32,000 nucleotides of DNA from a virus, in IMG/VR virus record IMGVR_UViG_3300045988_183639, positions 45,723 to 77,722 of that record; one strand, 5' to 3'. Under the pieces are notes generated by a model, which saw only the letters and a program-made list of their open reading frames with translations, searched no databases and was not told where the DNA came from. Numbering within the stretch: the first letter of the stretch is position 1; every line of letters begins with the position of its first letter. The position numbers and the translations under genes were made by a program. This document shows positions 25,174 to 32,000 of this stretch, piece after piece.

Positions 25174-25608
25174 GTGAATAATATAAGCGCTGTGGCCATC
25201 GGAATGCTCATCGCCGCGCATCGTGAAGGTGACGAGGAAAAATTCAGGGCTTATGTCGAGCTCATTGCCGAAACCTATGAGCAACAGGGAAATGACCATG
25301 CCGCTAACATCATCCGCAGCTACTATACGGGTGATTATGGCGAGCAGGGAAAAGTTATTCTGGATGAAGCAACAGAACAAACTACATACTACGAGACAGG
25401 CTGGTATGAACCTGATGTTTTGGGGTCCGGTGGCTCCTATTACGGAGTTACAAAGGCAACTTCCGAGGAAGAAGCATTGCAGCGGCTGCTGAAACACTCT
25501 GCCGACTATGCACAGCGAATCACCTTATACAAAAAAGACGGCAAAATCGTAAAGCGGGAAATTTCTGAGTATGACCAATGGGAAAAGAAGTGGAGGACAG
25601 CCGAATGA
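25174..25608 (+). CDS. hypothetical protein with N-terminal helical region similar to 167-589
   Basis: GTG start; IAAHREGDEEKFRAYVELIAETYEQQGNDHAANIIRSYY. Confidence 0.7.
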   Translation: MNNISAVAIGMLIAAHREGDEEKFRAYVELIAETYEQQGNDHAANIIRSYYTGDYGEQGKVILDEATEQTTYYETGWYEPDVLGSGGSYYGVTKATSEEEALQRLLKHSADYAQRITLYKKDGKIVKREISEYDQWEKKWRTAE

Positions 25609-26285
25609 AGTGGAATGTATTTTCTCTCAAAGCCGTTAAAGAGGCATTAAAACCCAAGTTTGTGTTGGAGAAGGTCCGTTATGTGACGGATGACGAGGAG
25701 TACGGTGAAGGCAAGTCTACGCGCCTTGTCTTCCGTAATGTGGAAGAGATGCCGGAAATCGACTATATTAAGCGGACCGTCTGCACATTCATTCAGGACA
25801 CCTACATTCACTTCAAGGACAAGAGCCTTAAGCCGATGCAACTTTGGCAGGACAACCTCAATGAAAGTGAGGACCATATCCGCTATTCAACGAACAACCT
25901 TGTGTCGCCGCCGCTGGCACTCATCGGTGAAACATACATCTCCGATGAGAGCTACTTCCACAAGTGGCTGGTAGCCCAAGGAGGAAATGAACTTCTTGAG
26001 AGAGCGTCCATCACCATCGATGTGGATGTCATCTATGCCTATGACAATGTCGATAAGGTTGAGAAAAGTTCCGAAGACGGCGAAGTACATGGCGTTCTCA
26101 TCAACAGTACAATGTATCTGCGTGAATCGGAAATCAAACAGGTTGCTCAGCTTATCAAAGATGAAAAGCTCCGTAACCGCGTATTGACGCTGATGCGCTC
26201 TCATCGCCGTATTGTATCGGCTCCAGAAAAAGAAAATCGCAATATTCGGGAAATCGCATCCGCACAGATGCTGGGTCAGGGGTGA
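25605..26285 (+). CDS. hypothetical protein
   Basis: ATGA overlap with preceding gene. Confidence 0.75.
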   Translation: MKWNVFSLKAVKEALKPKFVLEKVRYVTDDEEYGEGKSTRLVFRNVEEMPEIDYIKRTVCTFIQDTYIHFKDKSLKPMQLWQDNLNESEDHIRYSTNNLVSPPLALIGETYISDESYFHKWLVAQGGNELLERASITIDVDVIYAYDNVDKVEKSSEDGEVHGVLINSTMYLRESEIKQVAQLIKDEKLRNRVLTLMRSHRRIVSAPEKENRNIREIASAQMLGQG

Positions 26286-26289
26286 AATT

Positions 26290-26766
26290 GTGAAACACAA
26301 AATCTCAGAAATCGGCGCTCAGATGCTCGAGTACCAAGAACAGCTTGCCCGTGAATACAAATACAAACCCATCCCGCGTACCTTCTTCTGCGATGTGAGA
26401 GCCAAGTTTCAAAAGACATTGCCGGAATGGTGCAATGTGTCCGGTGACACGATTTCGCTCGAAACCGCTGATGGCACAGTCATTACCAACGGGTACAACC
26501 GTATCGTGATTGGTGACTATGGTGCATTTGTTGAGTTTTCCCGCGTCCAAGCCTGTATGCGCCGCCTCAAAATCAAAGAGGGGCAAATGTATCGCGCAAA
26601 AGACCCTCGCTATGCTGAGCATGTCAAATATCTCTGGCTTACGGCAGATGATGGTTCGAATGTGAAGGTGTACGACCAGAAGCGTCCGGTAGAATATGCT
26701 GACTACATGCCTGGGATGCTGTATGTTAGTGTGTATGAGGTTTTCCCGACCAAAACCACCAAATAA
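26290..26766 (+). CDS. hypothetical protein
   Basis: GTG start with gggtga RBS-like sequence. Confidence 0.7.
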   Translation: MKHKISEIGAQMLEYQEQLAREYKYKPIPRTFFCDVRAKFQKTLPEWCNVSGDTISLETADGTVITNGYNRIVIGDYGAFVEFSRVQACMRRLKIKEGQMYRAKDPRYAEHVKYLWLTADDGSNVKVYDQKRPVEYADYMPGMLYVSVYEVFPTKTTK

Positions 26767-26777
26767 GAGAGGCTCTT

Positions 26778-27125
26778 ATGAAAAGCATGCAGCCGAAAAT
26801 TGGCGACACTCTCTGGGGCGTCTGGGAACATCGGTACTACAACGAAAAGCGACTCGTTGAACTGGAATATGTTGTATACCCTGTCAAGATTACCAGATTC
26901 TTTAAGGGAAAATATGTCGATGCGCATTGCGTCGGTGTGGATGTGGATGGTCACACTGCTGTTCATTGGGTTGCAGTAAAAAGCATCGGCAAAACGGTGT
27001 TTTATAATCCGACTGATGCCGCCAAATATGTCGAGGCGATGTCGGATTACTATGACAAGCATTACGCTTTCTGCGGTACACCAATTAGGCGAACACAGTG
27101 GGAGCATTTTCTTGAGAAGGACTAG
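26778..27125 (+). CDS. hypothetical protein
   Basis: ORF, tight spacing, co-oriented. Confidence 0.7.
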   Translation: MKSMQPKIGDTLWGVWEHRYYNEKRLVELEYVVYPVKITRFFKGKYVDAHCVGVDVDGHTAVHWVAVKSIGKTVFYNPTDAAKYVEAMSDYYDKHYAFCGTPIRRTQWEHFLEKD

Positions 27126-27263
27126 GCATGGGCAAGCACAAGAATAAAAAGCGCACACCGATAGGTTCACTTCCTCGAATCCTCGCGTATTGAGCGCAGA
27201 TAAGCCAAAAAACTCAACCTCAAGTTGATTGCGGCATGAAGAAGCACAGAAACAGGAGCAGAT

Positions 27264-27641
27264 ATGAGCTTACGCGGAGAGCCCTTGTTTGAGGGACTGA
27301 ATTTCAAGGAATTGTTTGGAAAAGAACTTGTTGTCGATAAAGTATTCTGGAGCTATGACGGCATTTCGTTGCTCTGCGTATGCAAGGACGAGGACGAAAA
27401 ATTGTATTTCTGCAACTGCACAGAAGTGCGAAGCGAAGAACGCTGGGTCCTGTATCCGGCGTCGAAGCAGCAAATCGAACAAATCGTCAGCAAAAGCAAG
27501 ACCCCGGCCGAAGTATTCCGGGATAGCCGTGTAGTGTATATGTATACCATCGGCTTGGATACAGACCAAGGAACATTGAGGGAACTGACTGTCGATGAAC
27601 TGTCAGATGCAGACAAACTTCCGGAAGGAGAGTATGTGTAA
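27264..27641 (+). CDS. hypothetical protein
   Basis: ORF with RBS-like caggagc. Confidence 0.7.
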   Translation: MSLRGEPLFEGLNFKELFGKELVVDKVFWSYDGISLLCVCKDEDEKLYFCNCTEVRSEERWVLYPASKQQIEQIVSKSKTPAEVFRDSRVVYMYTIGLDTDQGTLRELTVDELSDADKLPEGEYV

Positions 27642-27706
27642 ATGAGCAAGCACGAACTCGGCGCAGACCGCGTTTTCCACGAAGGAGCTGGTTACTGCGA
27701 ATAAAC

Positions 27707-27750
27707 ATCAACCACAAGTTGATTGACCAGAACCACAAAAGTGGTATAAT
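27707..27750 (+). promoter_or_regulatory. promoter with adjacent operator-like inverted repeat
   Basis: ATCAAC-CACAA-GTTGAT abutting TTGACC (27723-27728) and TGGTATAAT (-10 at 27745-27750). Confidence 0.65.
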
Positions 27751-27784
27751 GTAAACAGAACGAAACGAAAGGAGACAACCGAAG

Positions 27785-27925
27785 ATGCTGTGCAAGACTG
27801 TTAATGCTATGTCGTTTGCTGAGTATAGTTATGAATCTGAATTCGAGTCCTACGAATCCAGCTTTGTTTCCTATACCCATCGACAGGCAAAAACAGACCT
27901 CGAACGGCTGCGGTGCGTCTTCTGA
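27785..27925 (+). CDS. small acidic protein (46 aa)
   Basis: MLCKTVNAMSFAEYSYESEFESYESSFVSYTHRQAKTDLERLRCVF*; RBS aaaggaga. Confidence 0.5.
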   Translation: MLCKTVNAMSFAEYSYESEFESYESSFVSYTHRQAKTDLERLRCVF

Positions 27926-27941
27926 CGGCATTTGCATTCCG

Positions 27942-27984
27942 AACGCTGCTTGTCGATTCATTTCGGCAGGCAGCGTTTTTTTGT
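27942..27984 (+). terminator. terminator/attenuator hairpin between small ORF and XRE gene
   Basis: AACGCTGC/GCAGCGTT + T-run. Confidence 0.75.
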
Positions 27985-28015
27985 TGCCTGCAATACAGAA
28001 AGGCAGCAAAAGAAA

Positions 28016-28237
28016 ATGAATGTTCCAACCATCGATATCCAGCAAACAGGTGCCAATATCAAGGCACTGCGAAAAGCGGCAGGCATCAAGGTAAAGGATG
28101 TGGCGGATACGCTCGGTGTCTCCACACAGGCGGTAGCCAAATGGCAGGCAGGCACTGCACTTCCTACCATCGACAACCTTGTGATTCTCGCCGCGATGCT
28201 CGATACGAAAATCGATGACATTCTCGTCATCGCATAA
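28016..28237 (+). CDS. XRE-family HTH transcriptional regulator
   Basis: IKALRKAAGIKVKDVADTLGVSTQAVAKWQAGTALPTIDNLVILAAML. Confidence 0.88.
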   Translation: MNVPTIDIQQTGANIKALRKAAGIKVKDVADTLGVSTQAVAKWQAGTALPTIDNLVILAAMLDTKIDDILVIA

Positions 28238-28264
28238 ACCCTCGCCGCAGGATTGCGGCTATAT

Positions 28265-28341
28265 GGCCGAATAGACGAATTGGTTAAGTCGCAAGCCTTT
28301 CACGCTTGAGAGTATGGGTTCAAGCCCCATTTCGGTCACCA
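28265..28341 (+). tRNA. tRNA-Glu(TTC)
   Basis: Acceptor GGCCGAA/TTCGGTC; CAAGC-CTTTCAC-GCTTG. Confidence 0.88.
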
Positions 28342-28344
28342 TCT

Positions 28345-28420
28345 GCTTCTGTAGCTCAGTTGGTAGAGCAGTAGGTTGAAGCCCTATGTGTCGCTGGTTC
28401 GATTCCAGCCGGGAGCACCA
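28345..28420 (+). tRNA. tRNA-Phe(GAA)
   Basis: Loop TTGAAGC; acceptor GCTTCTG/CGGGAGC; CCA encoded. Confidence 0.88.
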
Positions 28421-28423
28421 TAT

Positions 28424-28508
28424 GCGCCGGTATGCAAGTGGTTAAAGCAAGCGGTCTGTAAAACCGTTCCGTTACGGTTCGTAGGTTCGAATCCTACCCG
28501 GCGCACCA
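28424..28508 (+). tRNA. tRNA-Tyr(GTA), copy 1
   Basis: Acceptor GCGCCGG/CCGGCGC; loop CTGTAAA; class II variable arm; CCA encoded. Confidence 0.93.
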
Positions 28509-28511
28509 TAT

Positions 28512-28596
28512 GTGTCGGTATGCAAGTGGTCAAAGCAAACGGTCTGTAAAACCGCTCCGTTTCGGTTCGTAGGTCCGAATCCTACCCGGCACACCA
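28512..28596 (+). tRNA. tRNA-Tyr(GTA), copy 2 (diverged)
   Basis: Same fold as copy 1 with compensatory changes; T-loop TCCGAAT. Confidence 0.85.
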
Positions 28597-28600
28597 TAAG

Positions 28601-28676
28601 GCCCCTTCGACAAGTTGGTCCAAGTCGCCAGCCTCTCAAGCTGGAGTCGGCAGTTCGAGTCTGCCAGGGGTCACCA
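28601..28676 (+). tRNA. tRNA-Glu(CTC)
   Basis: CCAGC-CTCTCAA-GCTGG; T-arm GGCAGTTCGAGTCTGCC; CCA encoded. Confidence 0.86.
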
Positions 28677-28702
28677 ACGCACCCTGCATAGGGTGTTTAC
28701 AT

Positions 28703-28841
28703 GCAGAGGTCGCCTAACGGTATGGCAACTGGTTGCTACCCAGTCACGAGGCAAAACAACACTTACTATCAATTTAACCATAATTGTAGCAGGTGCTAAA
28801 TCACTCCTCGCTTGCGAGTTCAAATCTCGCTCTCTGCGCCA
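28703..28841 (+). tRNA. tRNA-Ser(GCT) with greatly extended variable arm or insertion
   Basis: Acceptor GCAGAGG/TCTCTGC, ACTGG-TTGCTAC-CCAGT, GCGAGTTCAAATCTCGC, G73-CCA; total 139 nt. Confidence 0.7.
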
Positions 28842-28844
28842 TAT

Positions 28845-28932
28845 GCTCATGTGGCCGAGTGGCCGATGGCAGCGGTCCAGAAAACCGCCGGTGAGAAATC
28901 GCCCGAAGGTTCGAATCCTTCCATGAGCGCCA
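28845..28932 (+). tRNA. tRNA-Ser-like, apparent anticodon AGA, non-canonical C33
   Basis: Acceptor GCTCATG/CATGAGC, GCGGT-CCAGAAA-ACCGC, class II variable arm, G73-CCA. Confidence 0.7.
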
Positions 28933-29018
28933 CTGCCTCTAAAATCTTCGATTTCAGTCGAGGAATATAGGGGCACTTTTTTGTTTGTATCTTATTTGTT
29001 ACGAATCAGCGTTCATGG

Positions 29019-29047
29019 TTGTACTGAATACACATTTGTGGTATAAT
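29019..29047 (+). promoter_or_regulatory. promoter, family 2 (TTGTACTGAATACAC...TGTGGTATAATGC)
   Basis: Shares catggTTGTACT upstream block with 20799 site. Confidence 0.62.
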
Positions 29048-29072
29048 GCCAATAAAGTAACGGAGGTGCGCC

Positions 29073-29750
29073 ATGATTTTCGAAATGACCGAAGAGCAGT
29101 ATCAGCTGTTTTTGCATGTCATGCAGGTAATGCAGACATTCTACGGCAACAACCTTTCTTCCATCTGCAAAGAGGTCGGGGACGCCTACGGTGTGAATGA
29201 TGTGGATATCGAAAAGGCGCATATGATATTTACCGACTTTAAGGTCACCGCTCCCGTGCCTTCTATGCAAAACGCAGCAGGGGAAATCTATCAAACTGCG
29301 CTCTCGGCAACGGATATCGCGGTTGGGAACAAGGAAAACCCGTATACTAAGCGCACCGACATGAACGAAAGTGCTTGGGTAAAAGCTGCTGCCATCCTCG
29401 ATGCGTATTCCAGAATCCTAATGGGACAGTTCAGCATCATCTATGAGGTTCTCGATATAGCTGATACCGACAACAAACCGCAGCTGCAGGCGTATCATGA
29501 CGCTCGTTGGGGCGGCATCGGCATAGCGGAAGCCCGTGACCTTCTGATTCCACAGCTGAGAAAACTCAGGGTTGGCTGGAATGGCAATTTCGGCATCTCC
29601 AACGCAGGGCTTGCCTACAACAGCAAACTTGCCTATGAGATGCTCAAAGCAATCCTGTATGCGTGCAGGCAAGGGGACGGCACCGTTCTGAAAGTAACGG
29701 ACGAACCGCTGATGTATGCGCCCGGCAAATCAAATATTCATGCGTTGTAA
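29073..29750 (+). CDS. hypothetical protein
   Basis: Long ORF downstream of promoter and RBS cggaggtg. Confidence 0.8.
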   Translation: MIFEMTEEQYQLFLHVMQVMQTFYGNNLSSICKEVGDAYGVNDVDIEKAHMIFTDFKVTAPVPSMQNAAGEIYQTALSATDIAVGNKENPYTKRTDMNESAWVKAAAILDAYSRILMGQFSIIYEVLDIADTDNKPQLQAYHDARWGGIGIAEARDLLIPQLRKLRVGWNGNFGISNAGLAYNSKLAYEMLKAILYACRQGDGTVLKVTDEPLMYAPGKSNIHAL

Positions 29751-29775
29751 AGCATCTTTTTAAGAAGGAGATTTC

Positions 29776-30270
29776 ATGAAAGCCAACTATAAAGTCATAA
29801 ACAACCGTCAGGCGCAGCTGAAAAAGGTCATTCAGAATTTTGAGCCTACGGGTGTGTGCGCGTTCCTCATGTTTCGCTACTATGTTATGCAACTGATGGC
29901 CGAATCGGAAGCTGCAGGTGGGCTGAATGTACCGCTTAGCGATTCCGCTGAACTGCGAGTGAGTGACAATGTCGATGGGTTCTTCTCCAGTGCGAAGGAT
30001 GAGGCTGTTTCGAATTATCTTGACCCTGACGACGAATCTAAGGATGTCATCATCCATTTCGATGGCACTCCGGAAGAATTCTCCAAGGAACTTGAATCGT
30101 ACATTCTCGTGGCTATGGTTAGCAACTTTGAGCACGCATTCCTCGATTTTTCGGATGTCACTGGTATCAGCCGTGGGCACTTCGAGTTGGCTGTCGCAAA
30201 ATTTATGTCCGAATACGAACAGACAGAAGGAAAGGTCAACAGCTTTTGTGACTACGAATATGAGGAGTGA
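29776..30270 (+). CDS. hypothetical protein
   Basis: ORF with RBS aaggag. Confidence 0.75.
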   Translation: MKANYKVINNRQAQLKKVIQNFEPTGVCAFLMFRYYVMQLMAESEAAGGLNVPLSDSAELRVSDNVDGFFSSAKDEAVSNYLDPDDESKDVIIHFDGTPEEFSKELESYILVAMVSNFEHAFLDFSDVTGISRGHFELAVAKFMSEYEQTEGKVNSFCDYEYEE

Positions 30271-30276
30271 TGAGTT

Positions 30277-30777
30277 GTGACGGTTCTCGAAAATGCACTT
30301 GCGGTAAATGACGGCAAAGCGGTCGTAATTTCGATTAAGCGTGAATGGCTCTCTAAAATCATGGCAGGTGAAAAGACTCTCGAAGTCCGCAAATCCCGCC
30401 CTTGGGAAATCTCGTTTCCGTTCGCAGTATTCTGCTATGAGACAAAGGCGAACGGCGGTGCAGGGGAAATCATCGGGGCCTTTACCTGCGAGGACATCGA
30501 CCAGCTGAACTGCCTGACGGGATTGTCTCCTTACTATGCAGACGGCGAAAAGCTGTCCGGTATGGCGGATAAGTTTATTCGGGAAAGCTGTATCGATATA
30601 GCCGCGCTGTTCGAGTATGGCAACAAAACCGGCATGCTGTATGGCTGGAACATCTCAAACGTCCGTAAACTCTCTTTGCCCATGCATCAGCTGCACCTGA
30701 AACGCGCCCCGCAATCGTGGCAGTACATCAACCTGAACGCAGACGATATCGAAAGCGTAGCTGCCGCCAGCGAGTGA
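30277..30777 (+). CDS. ASCH-domain-like protein
   Basis: VVISIKREWLSKIMAGEKTLEVRKSRPW...GEIIGAFTCEDI. Confidence 0.7.
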   Translation: MTVLENALAVNDGKAVVISIKREWLSKIMAGEKTLEVRKSRPWEISFPFAVFCYETKANGGAGEIIGAFTCEDIDQLNCLTGLSPYYADGEKLSGMADKFIRESCIDIAALFEYGNKTGMLYGWNISNVRKLSLPMHQLHLKRAPQSWQYINLNADDIESVAAASE

Positions 30778-30841
30778 GCAGGAAGCGTAGCTGCGAAGAA
30801 ATTGGCGAAGGCGAAAGCGTAGCTGCATCTTAAAATCCCCC

Positions 30842-30869
30842 TTGCACAGTTGTGCGAATCGAATAGAAT
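30842..30869 (+). promoter_or_regulatory. promoter, family 1 (TTGCAC-N6-GCGA-N6-TAGAAT)
   Basis: TTGCAC 30842-30847, GCGA 30854-30857, TAGAAT 30864-30869; GATAGATACCA downstream. Confidence 0.75.
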
Positions 30870-30939
30870 AGTAAGTGCATGATAGATACCATCTTCTGAT
30901 TCCCCATACCGGTAGATTCACAATCTGTTATGTGCTTAG

Positions 30940-30973
30940 AGCAGACTCTCGAAATGAGGGTCTGCTTTTTTGT
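30940..30973 (+). terminator. terminator/attenuator-like hairpin in leader
   Basis: AGCAGAC-T-CTC-GAAAT-GAG-G-GTCTGCT + T-run. Confidence 0.75.
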
Positions 30974-31000
30974 TTCCATTTTCAGAAAAGGAGGTAAACC

Positions 31001-31246
31001 TTGAATACCAGAACATTTACGAAATTTGCAAAAGCAGCCGAAAACTGCCGCTACAAGAACGATTTTCAGTTTGATTTGGTGCAGTGCGAGAAAGCGTATC
31101 AAATGGGCGGCGAGATGCGGATTGAAGCCGAATGCTGGCTGAATCTCTTTGAGAGCCTTGGAGAAGACGACATCAAATCCTATGTCAAGTCGGTCTATAG
31201 GCCAGGAGACCTTGACCCGTTTCGCAAGAAACTGCCGAAGGAGTAA
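31001..31246 (+). CDS. hypothetical protein
   Basis: TTG start after aggaggt RBS. Confidence 0.65.
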   Translation: MNTRTFTKFAKAAENCRYKNDFQFDLVQCEKAYQMGGEMRIEAECWLNLFESLGEDDIKSYVKSVYRPGDLDPFRKKLPKE

Positions 31247-31254
31247 GTCCCATA

Positions 31255-31806
31255 ATGCAGATACTATTTCATCTCATGGCGAATACCGGATGCTTGCCAG
31301 ACAAGGTTGTTCCGCAAATCCCTACGAATCGGATGAAGGGGGAGGACCAGGAAACACCGAGAATCTGTACCGGACACACACTCGATGACTGCCTGACCGG
31401 CATCGGTATCCCGCATTTCATATCGAGTTTCCTGCTATCGGAAATTCGGCAGGGGAGAAGCGCGAAACACGCCGCCGAGACAATGCTCCTGCCGTTTGTC
31501 GGAAGGGTCTACTGTGTCGAGGATAACAACCCAGCACTGATACTGGACGATAAGACAAAGTATTTCGTGGCGGATTCCGTTGTTACGCACGAATGCTGGC
31601 TGACGGAGTACATCGACCCCATCAAAACGGAAAAGCTATGGCTCGTGGACGGAGAAGTTCAGTTCATACCGTTTTCGCATAACGGCAAACAGTACGAATA
31701 CCCTGTCGTTCTCGATTCTCAGTGGTCTTCGATTCCGATGCAGCCCGCTCCTGAATTCCGAAAATGCCTTCTTGACATCACCAAGAAATGGCTTGAGGAA
31801 GAATAA
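31255..31806 (+). CDS. hypothetical protein
   Basis: ORF, co-oriented, short gap. Confidence 0.7.
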   Translation: MQILFHLMANTGCLPDKVVPQIPTNRMKGEDQETPRICTGHTLDDCLTGIGIPHFISSFLLSEIRQGRSAKHAAETMLLPFVGRVYCVEDNNPALILDDKTKYFVADSVVTHECWLTEYIDPIKTEKLWLVDGEVQFIPFSHNGKQYEYPVVLDSQWSSIPMQPAPEFRKCLLDITKKWLEEE

Positions 31807-31910
31807 GATGCGAGAAATGTGCCGTAAATAACAACACTGAAATGCAAAAATCGCACACAAAACCATGGCGGAGTCTTTTTCGGAAGACTTCGCCTTTTTT
31901 TGTTTTTCTC

Positions 31911-31938
31911 TTGCGTATCCTTGCGAACGGCATAGAAT
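31911..31938 (+). promoter_or_regulatory. promoter, family 1 (TTGCGT-N6-GCGA-N6-TAGAAT)
   Basis: TTGCGT 31911-31916, GCGA 31923-31926, TAGAAT 31933-31938; ATTGTACGATAGATA 31943-31957. Confidence 0.75.
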
Positions 31939-32000
31939 TGGTATTGTACGATAGATAACATTCTACACAGCCGAATCTTTCGTGCGTACATCATTCACAA

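Noticed and set aside
28703-28841. Classical group I or anticodon-loop intron in tRNA-Ser
   Set aside because: Anticodon arm is uninterrupted, and the extra ~50 nt is in the variable arm and much too short for a self-splicing intron.

Overview
This 32-kb window looks like the accessory or tRNA-rich arm of a large phage or phage-like element of a Firmicutes-type host. That assignment is inferred from codon and promoter style; no structural genes are visible. Directly supported content: an SF1 (UvrD/Rep-like) helicase, MmcB-like and PD-(D/E)XK nuclease-like proteins, a HAD phosphatase split at an ATGA overlap, a sortase with a lipobox, a metallo-beta-lactamase-fold lipoprotein, a dCMP deaminase, an IscB-type RRXRR/RuvC/HNH protein preceded by an omega/HEARO-like structured region, several proteins built from repeated HTH modules around an AAA+ ATPase, a triple zinc-ribbon protein, a ~990-aa repetitive lipoprotein, an HD (p)ppGpp-hydrolase-like protein, an XRE regulator, an ASCH protein, and about 16 tRNAs or tRNA-like genes in three places. 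Most notable: (1) seven promoters with fixed architecture TTGCnn-N6-GCGA-N6-TAnAAT, several followed by conserved leader sequence and a terminator-like hairpin before the gene; (2) a recurring RNA element interspersed in the tRNA array, whose 7-bp stem differs in every copy but stays paired around a conserved CCTCCaCGCGG loop; (3) a ~600-nt hairpin-dense region compatible with a large phage ncRNA; (4) unusual tRNAs, including a 139-nt tRNA-Ser; (5) an IscB/omega-RNA element abutting a truncated copy of a neighbouring HTH gene. All calls are from reading the sequence; no database or folding software was run.
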